Part shown: in pieces, positions 48,985 through 58,010 of the stretch
Numbering within the stretch: position 1 is the first letter of the stretch
How the letters are laid out: each line of letters opens with the position of its first letter
Assembly (NCBI GenBank): GCA_039810425.1
Contig: JBDHWW010000001.1
Location: 1-64,000, forward strand
DNA length: 64,000 nucleotides
Direction of reading: 5' to 3'
Origin: Pseudobdellovibrionaceae bacterium
Lineage (GTDB): Bacteria; Bdellovibrionota; Bdellovibrionia; Bdellovibrionales; Bdellovibrionaceae
Notes under the pieces: generated by a model
Database searches by the model: none
The model's input: only the letters and a program-made list of their open reading frames with translations
What the model was told of the DNA's origin: nothing
Translations under genes and position numbers: made by a program

Positions 48985-50151
48985 CTATTGGCCTTTCACA
49001 GCAGCAACGATTTTCTTAGCTGCATCGGTAAGATCATCCGCCGGAGTGATATTTAAACCACTTTCTTTGAGCATTTTTTTACCAAGTTCAACGTTAGTGC
49101 CTTCAAGACGGCAAACCAATGGCACCTTCAAGCCGAGCTCTTTTGAAGCGGCGATCACGCCTTCCGCGATGATGTCACACTTCATGATGCCACCGAAGAT
49201 ATTTACCAAGATCCCTTTTACGTTTGGGTCTTTGAGAATGATTTTGAAAGCCGCGGTTACTTTTTCTTTGTTTGCGCCGCCACCAACATCCAAGAAGTTC
49301 GCCGGTTCCGCACCGTGCAGTTTAATGATGTCCAAAGTAGCCATCGCAAGGCCGGCTCCGTTCACCAAGCATCCGATGTTGCCATCAAGCTTGATAAAAG
49401 CGAGGTCGTACTTAGAAGCTTCGATTTCAGAAGGCTCTTCTTCGTTCAAGTCGCGCATCTCAACGATGTCTTTATGGCGGAAAAGCGAGTTGTCGTCGAA
49501 ATTCATTTTAGCATCGAGGCAAATGACATCGCCTTCTTTTGTCAAAACGAGTGGATTGATTTCTGCAATTGAGCAATCAGTGTCTACAAAGGCCTGGTAA
49601 AGGCCCTGAAAGAATTTTACCGCTTTATTTACATTCTCCGCCGGAATACCGATTTTGAACGCCAACTCACGAGCTTGGAAAGCAGCCAAACCGATGGTGG
49701 GATCGATATCAGCCTTGATAATTTTCTCAGGATGCTTTTCAGCAACCTCCTCGATATCCATACCGCCTTCGGAAGACGCCATCATTGCCGCCCTGCCGGT
49801 TGCGCGGTCGATTAAGCAAGCAACGTAGTACTCTTTTGCGATGTTGCAACCTTGCTCGATGAACACCTTTTGAACCACTTTCCCTTCAGGACCTGTTTGG
49901 TGAGTGACCAAAGTCATCCCGATCATTTTTTTAGTAAGGGTCGAAACTTCGTCCAAAGACTTTGCGATCTTTACACCGCCACCTTTACCGCGGCCGCCGG
50001 CATGGATTTGAGACTTCACAACCCACAATGCGCCACCAATTTCTTTCGCTGCCGCCACGGCCTCCTCAGGAGAGTGCGCCAATTGACCTTTCAATGTGGC
50101 AACACCATATTTTCTGAGAATGGATTTGGCCTGATACTCATGAATATTCAT
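48985..50151 (-). CDS. sucC: Succinate--CoA ligase beta subunit
   Basis: [36 protein letters not shown]. Confidence 0.98.
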   Translation of the reverse strand: MNIHEYQAKSILRKYGVATLKGQLAHSPEEAVAAAKEIGGALWVVKSQIHAGGRGKGGGVKIAKSLDEVSTLTKKMIGMTLVTHQTGPEGKVVQKVFIEQGCNIAKEYYVACLIDRATGRAAMMASSEGGMDIEEVAEKHPEKIIKADIDPTIGLAAFQARELAFKIGIPAENVNKAVKFFQGLYQAFVDTDCSIAEINPLVLTKEGDVICLDAKMNFDDNSLFRHKDIVEMRDLNEEEPSEIEASKYDLAFIKLDGNIGCLVNGAGLAMATLDIIKLHGAEPANFLDVGGGANKEKVTAAFKIILKDPNVKGILVNIFGGIMKCDIIAEGVIAASKELGLKVPLVCRLEGTNVELGKKMLKESGLNITPADDLTDAAKKIVAAVKGQ

Positions 50152-50172
50152 GTTTAAGAGCCTTTCAAATAG

Positions 50173-51117
50173 TTACTGAACGTTTTTCAAACCAGCTACA
50201 AGTGCACGAACAGCATCAACAGATTTAGCGAATTCCGCCTTTTCGTCCGCGTTCATTTTGATATCCACGATACCCTCCATGCCCTTGCCGCCAATCTTAG
50301 CCAAGACACCAACCATCATTTTGTCAGAGACACCGAACTCACCGGTGAGCTCAACGGCAACAGGAAGAATACGTTTTTGATCTTTCAAGATTGCTTCTGC
50401 CATTTCAACCGCGCCCCGTGAAGGAGCGTAGTAAGCAGAACCCGTTTTCAGGTGGCCCCCGATTTCAGCGCCGGCTTGTTTTGTACGAGCAACGATGGCT
50501 GCAATTTTATCTGCAGGCATCAAGTCCATCAAGGGGACGCCGCTGACGGAAGCCATACGAACCATTGGCACCATCGCATCACCGTGGTTACCAAGAACAA
50601 CACCCGTCACATCTTTAACAGAGACATTCAACTCTTCAGCGATGAATGCACGGAAGCGAGCCGAATCCAAGCAACCACCCATACCGAGAACGCGTTCACG
50701 AGGAAAGCCCAAGATTTGTTTTGCGTAAACAGCCATGACGTCCATTGGGTTACAAACTACAATCACGAAAGAGTTTGGAGCATGCTTTTTAACGCCCTCA
50801 CAAACGTCTTTTACGATTTTAGCGTTGATACCGATGAGTTCATCGCGGCTCATGCCGGGCTTGCGTGGCATACCCGCTGTGATGATCACCACGTCTGCAT
50901 CAGCGATATCTTCGTACTTACTGGTTCCTTTGATTTTTGAATCGAACATTTCGATCGGTGCGGCTTGTGCCAAGTCGAGGGATTTCCCAATGGCTGTGCC
51001 TTCGTTGACGTCAAGAACGACAATGTCGCCTAACTCTTTCTGAGCTGCCCAGTGAGCAGTTGTTGAGCCTACGAAACCCGCGCCAATAACGGCGATTTTA
51101 TTTCTTTTGTGAGCCAT
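50173..51117 (-). CDS. mdh: Malate dehydrogenase (LDH-like type)
   Basis: IGAGFVG, AGMPRKPGMSRDEL, LDSARF, GNHGD. Confidence 0.95.
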   Translation of the reverse strand: MAHKRNKIAVIGAGFVGSTTAHWAAQKELGDIVVLDVNEGTAIGKSLDLAQAAPIEMFDSKIKGTSKYEDIADADVVIITAGMPRKPGMSRDELIGINAKIVKDVCEGVKKHAPNSFVIVVCNPMDVMAVYAKQILGFPRERVLGMGGCLDSARFRAFIAEELNVSVKDVTGVVLGNHGDAMVPMVRMASVSGVPLMDLMPADKIAAIVARTKQAGAEIGGHLKTGSAYYAPSRGAVEMAEAILKDQKRILPVAVELTGEFGVSDKMMVGVLAKIGGKGMEGIVDIKMNADEKAEFAKSVDAVRALVAGLKNVQ

Positions 51118-51233
51118 GATGTCCCCTTAGATTGTGAGTGAGATCTGATTAAAAAATTAGATTGCTTTCAAGAGCGTATTCAATCTTAAATCGAGTATTG
51201 AGACAAGTCCGAGTGAGGTGAGTCATCGTAAAT

Positions 51234-51998
51234 ATGTCTTTGCAACTCCAAGGGATCGAAGTCGCATTCGATGCACAAGTTGTTTTAAAAAACATAAACG
51301 TGGAAATTCCACGTGGCGAAGTCCTTGTCTTAATGGGCCCTAGTGGCCAGGGAAAGACGACACTTTTGAAAACCATGGCCGGATTGATAACTCCGCGAAA
51401 TGGCAAAGTTTTTATTAACAATCAGGACTGGTCAACGCTTAGCGGCAACGAACGTTTTGAGACCCTCAAAAAGCTCGGGATGCTCTTCCAAAAAAACGCG
51501 CTCTTTGATTCGCTCACATGCGGAGAAAACATTGCGTTCCCGTTGCGAGAAACCACAGGCCTCAGCGAAGAAGAAATCCAAACGAAAGTCGATGTCTTCC
51601 TTGAGGCTGTCGGGATCACCCACGCCAAGTTTCTTTACCCTGATGAAATCAGTGGTGGGATGCAAAAGCGTCTCGGTATTGCTAGAGCATTAGCTCTTAA
51701 TCCTGACGTCATTTTCTATGATGATCCGACAGCAGGATTGGATCCAATCACTTCTCGAAAAATCATCGAATTGATTCTCGATCTGCAGAAAAAAAACAAC
51801 TCGACAGTTGTTGCAATCACGAATGATGTGAATCGCGCATATCAGCTCGCGAACAGAATGGCGTTGGTTGTGGACCAGGAGCTTGTCATCACAGGAACCC
51901 CTGAGCAGACGAAGAAGCATCCTGATCCACGAGTCCAGCAGTTTATCCACGGCGCTCTTCATGGCCCATTGACTGAAAACCTTGGCCCGCAAGGCTAA
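51234..51998 (+). CDS. MlaF/Mkl-type ABC transporter ATPase (copy 1)
   Basis: GPSGQGKT, FQKNALFDSL, ISGGMQKR, YDDPTAGLDP. Confidence 0.9.
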   Translation: MSLQLQGIEVAFDAQVVLKNINVEIPRGEVLVLMGPSGQGKTTLLKTMAGLITPRNGKVFINNQDWSTLSGNERFETLKKLGMLFQKNALFDSLTCGENIAFPLRETTGLSEEEIQTKVDVFLEAVGITHAKFLYPDEISGGMQKRLGIARALALNPDVIFYDDPTAGLDPITSRKIIELILDLQKKNNSTVVAITNDVNRAYQLANRMALVVDQELVITGTPEQTKKHPDPRVQQFIHGALHGPLTENLGPQG

Positions 51999-52015
51999 AA
52001 CGCTGGTTCTGCAAA

Positions 52016-53059
52016 CTAGCGATCGATAATAGTTTTGAGTGAAGTAGGCGTTACATGGCTCTCGCCAGGGTATAAGAACGGGCTTTGTAAGAAGGCCGTG
52101 ACATACGCGCGTTTACTGATGAGTAGATCCGAAGCAAAGTGGCCCGTGAGATCAAAAGCAGTTCCGTGTGTTTCAACGTAGAGCTGAAAACCGCGGGCTA
52201 GAATCATTATATAATAGGCAAAAGTCTCAGCCCAATCGTCGGCCATGTTGGAAGCGGCATAAGTACTAGCGAAGTTAGAACCAACGAGGCCATTAAACAT
52301 CGCGGTGGAATCTGTCGCAGATAAGTAGCGGCCGTTGCAGAAATAAAAACAAGTGTCTTTGCGGAATGGATAATCATTCGCTGGTGTTGGCGTGCCAGGC
52401 CCTTGCCAGCTCAAAGCGGACCATGAGCCCGCCATAGGTGTGCACGATCCTACAAGATGTTCCCCTTTATCATCCTCTTCCCAGCGGCAGTCAGCGAGTT
52501 GATTGAGGGTGTTGGTGAAATCAAAAAGATGACCAAACTCGTGTGCGATTACAAAATCCAAAAATAATTCGTGAGTGTTGATATTCGACTGATAGTGAAT
52601 CAAATCCAAACTTGGGCCCGTCACAGTTGGGCTGCCACCGAAAGTGGTTTCTTCTTTCCACGAAAGCCATTGGGGATAAGTTAGTGGATTATCTAAGACC
52701 TCTTTACGAATACCGATCACACCACCAGTCAATTTTCCGTTGGCATCAGTAATCTGAGAAGCATAGGCCGTTCCTTGAAACCCAACCTCAACGAAAATCT
52801 TTTCAAGATGACAATACATGTTTTTAATCACATCCGGCGAGCGATCAAAGTGGCGTTCGAAAAAGCTTTGATAGTTTTCGCTTCCAGGTTTGCAAGGTCT
52901 TTTAAGATATCCGGCCTCAGGAGTGGAAGGATCTGCGGGATCGACAAGGCAAACAATCTGAGCAATATGGCTTCTGCAATCACCTGGCTGTGGATATTTC
53001 TGCGCCATTGCTGGAAGTGTTAAAAGTAAAGAAAAGCTTAAGACGAATAGCTTTGTCAT
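52016..53059 (-). CDS. Secreted putative zinc metallopeptidase
   Basis: Signal peptide ending AMA; HEFGH plus downstream YAASNMADDWAETF; start 53059 or 53071. Confidence 0.75.
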   Translation of the reverse strand: MTKLFVLSFSLLLTLPAMAQKYPQPGDCRSHIAQIVCLVDPADPSTPEAGYLKRPCKPGSENYQSFFERHFDRSPDVIKNMYCHLEKIFVEVGFQGTAYASQITDANGKLTGGVIGIRKEVLDNPLTYPQWLSWKEETTFGGSPTVTGPSLDLIHYQSNINTHELFLDFVIAHEFGHLFDFTNTLNQLADCRWEEDDKGEHLVGSCTPMAGSWSALSWQGPGTPTPANDYPFRKDTCFYFCNGRYLSATDSTAMFNGLVGSNFASTYAASNMADDWAETFAYYIMILARGFQLYVETHGTAFDLTGHFASDLLISKRAYVTAFLQSPFLYPGESHVTPTSLKTIIDR

Positions 53060-53188
53060 CGAGAACCCCATAGTTGCTCAAGCATATCGAGACCGATTTT
53101 CGAAATGCAACGAAAACTATATGCTACGAGAACGATTTGATGTGCTCCCGCCTTGCAATCTTGCAAAAAATCTATCTATGATAACGGA

Positions 53189-53917
53189 ATGATTAGTTTT
53201 AAGAATCTCATTAAACGCTTCGGCGAACGGACCATCCTTAAAGGACTGAGTCTGGATATCCGTGAAGGTGAGATTCTTTTTATTTTGGGCACCTCCGGAA
53301 CCGGCAAATCTGTTCTGTTGAAAAACCTCGTGGGCCTGCTTCGCCCCGATGAAGGCGAGATCTGGATTGAGGGACAAGAGGTCAGTCGCCTTACCGAAGA
53401 AGAATATCTGCCGATTCGTAAGAAATGCGGCATGGTTTTTCAGCACCCGGCTTTATTCGATTCACTCACAATCTATGAGAATGTCGCTTTTGGTTTGCGC
53501 CGCCATTTCCTTCTTGAAGAAGATGAAATCCGCCGCCGAGTCTTGAAAGCTCTGGGTCTTGTCCACTTGAGTGGAATTGAAAATAAAAAGCCAGCTGAAA
53601 TCTCTTACGGCATGCAAAAGCGCGTGAGCCTCGCAAGAACCGTTGCTTTGGAGCCAAAGATCTTGCTTTTTGATGAGCCCACAACGGGCCTTGATCCGGT
53701 TACTACCAATGCCGTGAATCAGTTGATTAAAGACCTTTCGCGTACACTCAAGACGACATCACTCGTGGTTAGTCACGATATGCAATGTGCTTTAAGCATT
53801 GCAGACAGAATCGTTGTTTTAGATCAGGGAAACATTGTTGCTTTGGGAACGCCTGAGGAAATGAAGCATTCTAAAGTTCCACTGGTTCGAGACTTCATGG
53901 CCGAGGTGCTCGCATGA
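53189..53917 (+). CDS. MlaF/Mkl-type ABC transporter ATPase (copy 2)
   Basis: GTSGTGKS, FQHPALFDSL, ISYGMQKR, FDEPTTGLDP, VSHD; ATG 53189 preceded by TTGCAA-18-TATGAT-6. Confidence 0.9.
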   Translation: MISFKNLIKRFGERTILKGLSLDIREGEILFILGTSGTGKSVLLKNLVGLLRPDEGEIWIEGQEVSRLTEEEYLPIRKKCGMVFQHPALFDSLTIYENVAFGLRRHFLLEEDEIRRRVLKALGLVHLSGIENKKPAEISYGMQKRVSLARTVALEPKILLFDEPTTGLDPVTTNAVNQLIKDLSRTLKTTSLVVSHDMQCALSIADRIVVLDQGNIVALGTPEEMKHSKVPLVRDFMAEVLA

Positions 53918-54699
53918 CAGTTGCGATCCGAGGCTTGATTAAAATTGCCGACGAAATCGGCCAAAGTATTTTGTTCTTCATGGAGATTATCACTACGATG
54001 ATCTTCCGCCCGAGCCGCGTGCGTCTGATTCTTGAGCAGATTTGGCATGTAACAATCGAAAGCTTTCCTACTACGGCGATGGCGGGATTCTTCGTCGGCG
54101 CGATTATGACGGTGCAATTTACTTTGCAAATGAAAGAGTTCGGCGCCCTCGGATTCCTCGGTGGTCTTGCGACGAGTGCCACCTTCCGTGAAGTGGGCCC
54201 CCTTTTGATTGCTTTTATGTTGAGCGGAAAAATCGGCGCATTTACTTCGGCAGAGCTCGGAACGATGCGCGTGACCGAGCAAATCGATGCGATTCGCTGC
54301 TTAGGAGCAAACCCAATGCAAGAAATCATCGTCCCGAGATTCCTCGGCATCGTGATTTCGAGTTTTTTCCTGCTGTTTTTGGGCCTTTTCATGTCGATTT
54401 TGGGTGGAATGTTCCTGGGATTCTTCTTCGCGGGAGTAAATCCCGAAGAATACATGCGCCACGTGCCGACAATTATCTCAATTCCCTCTATTATTAGTGG
54501 TCTGACAAAGTGTTTTGTCTTCGGAACGGTACTAGCGACTGTTTGTACGCAAAAAGGCTACTTCACCACAGGCGGAGCAAAAGGTGTCGGCCGCTCGGTG
54601 GTTTCCACAGCGGTGATCACAATGATTGCGATCGTTGTGACGGATTGGCTGACCAGCTTCGTGGGCGAAATTATTCTTCATATCGCGAGAGGCTATTAG
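53914..54699 (+). CDS. mlaE: MlaE family ABC permease (copy 1)
   Basis: REVGPLL, AELGTMRVTEQIDA, GGAKGVGR. Confidence 0.92.
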   Translation: MTVAIRGLIKIADEIGQSILFFMEIITTMIFRPSRVRLILEQIWHVTIESFPTTAMAGFFVGAIMTVQFTLQMKEFGALGFLGGLATSATFREVGPLLIAFMLSGKIGAFTSAELGTMRVTEQIDAIRCLGANPMQEIIVPRFLGIVISSFFLLFLGLFMSILGGMFLGFFFAGVNPEEYMRHVPTIISIPSIISGLTKCFVFGTVLATVCTQKGYFTTGGAKGVGRSVVSTAVITMIAIVVTDWLTSFVGEIILHIARGY

Positions 54700-55392
54700 A
54701 TGGCGGCCAAAGCACAGCAATTCCGCTGGAAAGAAACCTTGGAGCAGCTTTATTTCGTCGGCAACGGCAGCTTGATTATCATTGTTTTCTGTGTCTGCTT
54801 TGCCGCAATGGTGACGATTCTTGAGTCTTCTTTCCACATGAAACTTGTCATTCAAAACGATTCGATGGTCCCCGGATTTGCAGCCATGCTGATTTTGCGT
54901 GAACTTGCAGCTGTCGTGACAGCGTTGTTGCTGACCTCTCGAGTTGGCGCGGGGATAGCGGCCGAAGTTGGGACCATGCAAGTGACCGAGCAAGTCGATG
55001 CTCTCAAAATGCTTGGTATTAGCCCGGCAAATTACGTAGTCATGCCAAGGCTTGTTGCGTGCATCCTCGGCGCTGTTTTGTTAACTATAGTTGCAAATAT
55101 GACGTGTATTTTCAGTGCGATGGCGGTGAGCAGTTCGTATCTTGATTACACTCCGGCGTTGTTCATTTCTGGCATGAAACGTTTCGTGCAATTCAAAGAT
55201 CTGATTTTTGCGGTCATCAAAGCGGCGTGCTTTGGTGCGGTTATTCCGCTTATCAGTTGCTACTTTGGTTTTCGTTGCAAGTCCGGAGCGGAAGGAGTCG
55301 GACGAGCAACGACCAACAGTGTGGTTGTGGGTTCGATGGCGGTGATTGTGATTGATTTTCTTTTGTCTTATGCCTTCAGTTATCTATACTAA
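54700..55392 (+). CDS. mlaE: MlaE family ABC permease (copy 2)
   Basis: LRELAAV, AEVGTMQVTEQVDAL, GAEGVGRATTNSVV. Confidence 0.92.
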   Translation: MAAKAQQFRWKETLEQLYFVGNGSLIIIVFCVCFAAMVTILESSFHMKLVIQNDSMVPGFAAMLILRELAAVVTALLLTSRVGAGIAAEVGTMQVTEQVDALKMLGISPANYVVMPRLVACILGAVLLTIVANMTCIFSAMAVSSSYLDYTPALFISGMKRFVQFKDLIFAVIKAACFGAVIPLISCYFGFRCKSGAEGVGRATTNSVVVGSMAVIVIDFLLSYAFSYLY

Positions 55393-55434
55393 TGGAGATT
55401 TAAGCCGGATGCTTGAATATTATGGAGACTTGCT

Positions 55435-56211
55435 ATGAAGATTGAAACCAAGGTTGGTTTGCTGGCACTGGCGGCGATTATTCTTATTGTCATTTTTGCC
55501 TACATGATGGGATTGATTTCACCGTTTTCGAACACTTACGACCTCAATGTCATGTACAACTATGCTGGCGGTATTGAAGAGGGTTCTCCTGTACGCGTGA
55601 TGGGCATTAAAGTCGGCAAAGTAAAGAAAGTTAGCTTTGAACCTGGATATAAAAGCCCCCAAGGCGAAGAAGTGAAGCTGCGTCTCGAAATCACAATTGA
55701 TAAGAAAGCATGGCCAACAATCCGCAAAGACTCCAAATACTTCATCAATCTTGCGGGTGTAATCGGGGAAAAGTTTCTCGAAATTTCGCCAGGCAGCACA
55801 GAGTCAGCCGAACTTTCTAACGGCGACTATGTCCGTGGCGAAGACCCCCCTCGCATTGATCAATTGATTTCACAAAGCTATGGTTTAGCTGGCAAAATTA
55901 TTGAACTTGTTGAAAAAAATGAAGGCTCCGTCAGCAATGTGATCTCTCAGATAGACCGTCTGATGACCAATTTTAACAAAACTTTGGCGCTCCTAGACAA
56001 AACGTCGAAGAACAAAGACATGGGAAGACTGCTTGATAATGCCATCAAGATAAGCGATGACATGGCTTACTTAACGGGTGAGCTGCGCACGAAAAAGTCC
56101 CAAGATACTTTCAACTTGGTTCATAAGCTTCTCTTCCGTTTGGAACCCTTGGACGGACCGGCACTTAAAAAGTTTTTCCAAGAAGAGGGCGTGAGAGCTC
56201 GTGTTTTATAG
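55435..56211 (+). CDS. mlaD: MlaD/MCE domain protein with helical C-terminus
   Basis: ETKVG TM anchor, GIEEGSPVRVMGIKVGKV, GVIGEKFLEISPG. Confidence 0.92.
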   Translation: MKIETKVGLLALAAIILIVIFAYMMGLISPFSNTYDLNVMYNYAGGIEEGSPVRVMGIKVGKVKKVSFEPGYKSPQGEEVKLRLEITIDKKAWPTIRKDSKYFINLAGVIGEKFLEISPGSTESAELSNGDYVRGEDPPRIDQLISQSYGLAGKIIELVEKNEGSVSNVISQIDRLMTNFNKTLALLDKTSKNKDMGRLLDNAIKISDDMAYLTGELRTKKSQDTFNLVHKLLFRLEPLDGPALKKFFQEEGVRARVL

Positions 56212-56219
56212 GGGGTTAA

Positions 56220-56834
56220 ATGCGTTATTTTCATAGTTTTATCATAGTTGCTGCTTTTTTGACCGTGCCTTTGTCTTATGCCAGCACTCAAGATCTGGAT
56301 GAAACAGATTTCAGCTCAACAGCTGCCAGTGTCTTTAAAGTAGACGAAAACAACAACTATGCCGACAACTTGGCTCTTCGTGAAGCCCGCAAGATTGGTT
56401 TAGGTCTGGGTTTCGGCGGATCTTTGGGCCTCTATGGCGTCAATATCGAAATCAATTTCGAAGATGCTGATGGTGCTATGGCGGGAGCTGGTGGCGGCGA
56501 TGGTTACAGCTCTTTCAACGTTTTGTGGAAACATGCCTTTTTGGGCGATACGGTCGCTCCCTACACAACATTGGGCTACTCGCGCTGGTATAATGCCAGC
56601 GGCAGTGGAAATTACAAAAATTCAGCCGTTTTGGATCGGGTTTTGACAGATCAGGAAAAAGCGGAGGGTAAATTCGCCACGGACTTCCTATCTGGCTCGG
56701 TTGGTTTGCAGTACACTACTTTACGCGGCGAGCTTGCCGGCACCTCTTTGTTCGCGGAAATTGTTCTGCTCGGTGATGTTCATCATGGCAACATTGTTCC
56801 GACGGGAACCGTGGGCGCGGGTTACTACTTCTAG
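56220..56834 (+). CDS. Hypothetical outer-membrane beta-barrel-like protein
   Basis: Signal peptide; Gly/aromatic alternating strands; C-terminal GAGYYF BAM-type signal. Confidence 0.7.
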   Translation: MRYFHSFIIVAAFLTVPLSYASTQDLDETDFSSTAASVFKVDENNNYADNLALREARKIGLGLGFGGSLGLYGVNIEINFEDADGAMAGAGGGDGYSSFNVLWKHAFLGDTVAPYTTLGYSRWYNASGSGNYKNSAVLDRVLTDQEKAEGKFATDFLSGSVGLQYTTLRGELAGTSLFAEIVLLGDVHHGNIVPTGTVGAGYYF

Positions 56835-56976
56835 GCCCTTCCCACCGGCTGTCAGGGTAAAGAACCCAATACAAGTACAAGCGCCAGTCACTAATAACGA
56901 AGCCGTCCATCTGCCACTCGGACAAGAGTCCAGCTTTCAGAGCGAAAATACAGAGAGAGAGAAGCGAGGACGGCAT

Positions 56977-57007
56977 AAAAAAACCCCCGGTTTTCACCAA
57001 GGGTTTT
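56977..57007 (-). terminator. Rho-independent terminator of the Lys-rich microprotein gene (may be bidirectional)
   Basis: AAAACCCTTGG-TGAAAA-CCGGGGGTTTT followed by TTT on the minus strand. Confidence 0.75.
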
Positions 57008-57033
57008 AAAGTACTGTATCAGTACCAAAAAAA

Positions 57034-57126
57034 CTATTTCTTAGAAGCTTTTTTAGTAGCTTTCTTTTTAGTAGCTTTTTTTGTAGTTTTTTTAGCTGCT
57101 TTTTTAGTAGCTTTCTTTTTTGCCAT
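57034..57126 (-). CDS. 30-aa Lys/Ala/Thr histone-H1/protamine-like microprotein (not in the ORF track)
   Basis: Translates to MAKKKATKKAAKKTTKKATKKKATKKASKK*; AGGAGGAG RBS just upstream of the ATG; own terminator. Confidence 0.85.
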   Translation of the reverse strand: MAKKKATKKAAKKTTKKATKKKATKKASKK

Positions 57127-57187
57127 TTGCTCCTCCTAGGATGCAATCGTTGTTGTTGTTAACTGCTTCAATAAACTTCTTACCCTA

Positions 57188-57216
57188 AGTCTTCACAATT
57201 CGACTTGCGCCGTCAA
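57188..57216 (-). promoter_or_regulatory. Sigma70-type promoter of the microprotein gene
   Basis: TTGACG-17-AAGACT preceded by a T-rich UP-like tract; the -10 match is weak. Confidence 0.45.
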
Positions 57217-57228
57217 TAAAAAAATTCA

Positions 57229-57245
57229 TAGGCACCTTTTTTGCG
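57229..57245 (+). promoter_or_regulatory. Sigma54 -24/-12 promoter upstream of the tadB-like gene
   Basis: TAGGCACCTTTTTTGCG matches GGCAC-N5-TTGC. Confidence 0.6.
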
Positions 57246-57257
57246 AGAACTCTTGGC

Positions 57258-58010
57258 ATGGAGGTCACGCTCATGAATGTTTCTATCCTACTTACGAGTC
57301 TCGGATTCGTGTTCGCGCATCGGATTCTGCGCTTATCTCTGCAAAAAATCGGTCTTTCGAATCTTCACCCGCGCATTTTCCTGGTTTTAGCGGTTTTGAT
57401 GATCGTTTTCTTCATCATGTTGGCCCCGCACCCGAGTCTTCTATGGATTTTCTTCGGCACGCTTTTTATTTTGCTAAAGCTTTTGCCTCAACTTTTTTCT
57501 CGTTATCAGGAAAAACTGATCCAATCGCACACGTTGCGGATGCTAGATCATTTGATATTAAGCGTTCAATCCGGCCATTCTTTACGTGCATCTTTGATGA
57601 TGTTGTCTCGGCAAGAACCAAGCCTACTACGGGTTTCATGGGAAAACCTTGTTCACGCCATTGCGGTGGAAAACTCCCCCGCGAGTTTGAAATCCCCCTC
57701 TTTGAAAAAACTTTTTGATGAACTCAGCCGCATCGAGAAGTCTCAAGCAAAAAGCGTCGACCAGCTGCGCTCGTTGCGCCGAAACCTGAAAACATTGGAG
57801 GATTTTCGACGTAGGTCTGGACAAGTGAGTTTGCAAATTCGCATGCAAGCAGCCATTTCGATGCTTCTTTTTGCCGGATTATTGCTTTTTATGATCACTC
57901 AATTCGGTTTTTATCAGCATCAGACACTTATTTTGGTGTCAGGAACTTTGTTTTTTATCGGGGTGGTGACAGTTTTTGTCATCGGCAGGAGACTTCAATG
58001 GACCACATAG
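57258..58010 (+). CDS. TadB-like (T2SS F family) membrane protein
   Basis: N-terminal TMs, LDHLILSVQSGHSLRASL, RRRSGQVSLQIRMQA, C-terminal TMs; alternative start 57273 behind GGAGG. Confidence 0.7.
   Translation: MEVTLMNVSILLTSLGFVFAHRILRLSLQKIGLSNLHPRIFLVLAVLMIVFFIMLAPHPSLLWIFFGTLFILLKLLPQLFSRYQEKLIQSHTLRMLDHLILSVQSGHSLRASLMMLSRQEPSLLRVSWENLVHAIAVENSPASLKSPSLKKLFDELSRIEKSQAKSVDQLRSLRRNLKTLEDFRRRSGQVSLQIRMQAAISMLLFAGLLLFMITQFGFYQHQTLILVSGTLFFIGVVTVFVIGRRLQWTT

Noticed and set aside
56716..57000. 94-aa minus-strand ORF downstream of the microprotein
   Set aside because: Starts inside a terminator hairpin, overlaps the barrel gene antisense, and has no RBS or recognisable motif
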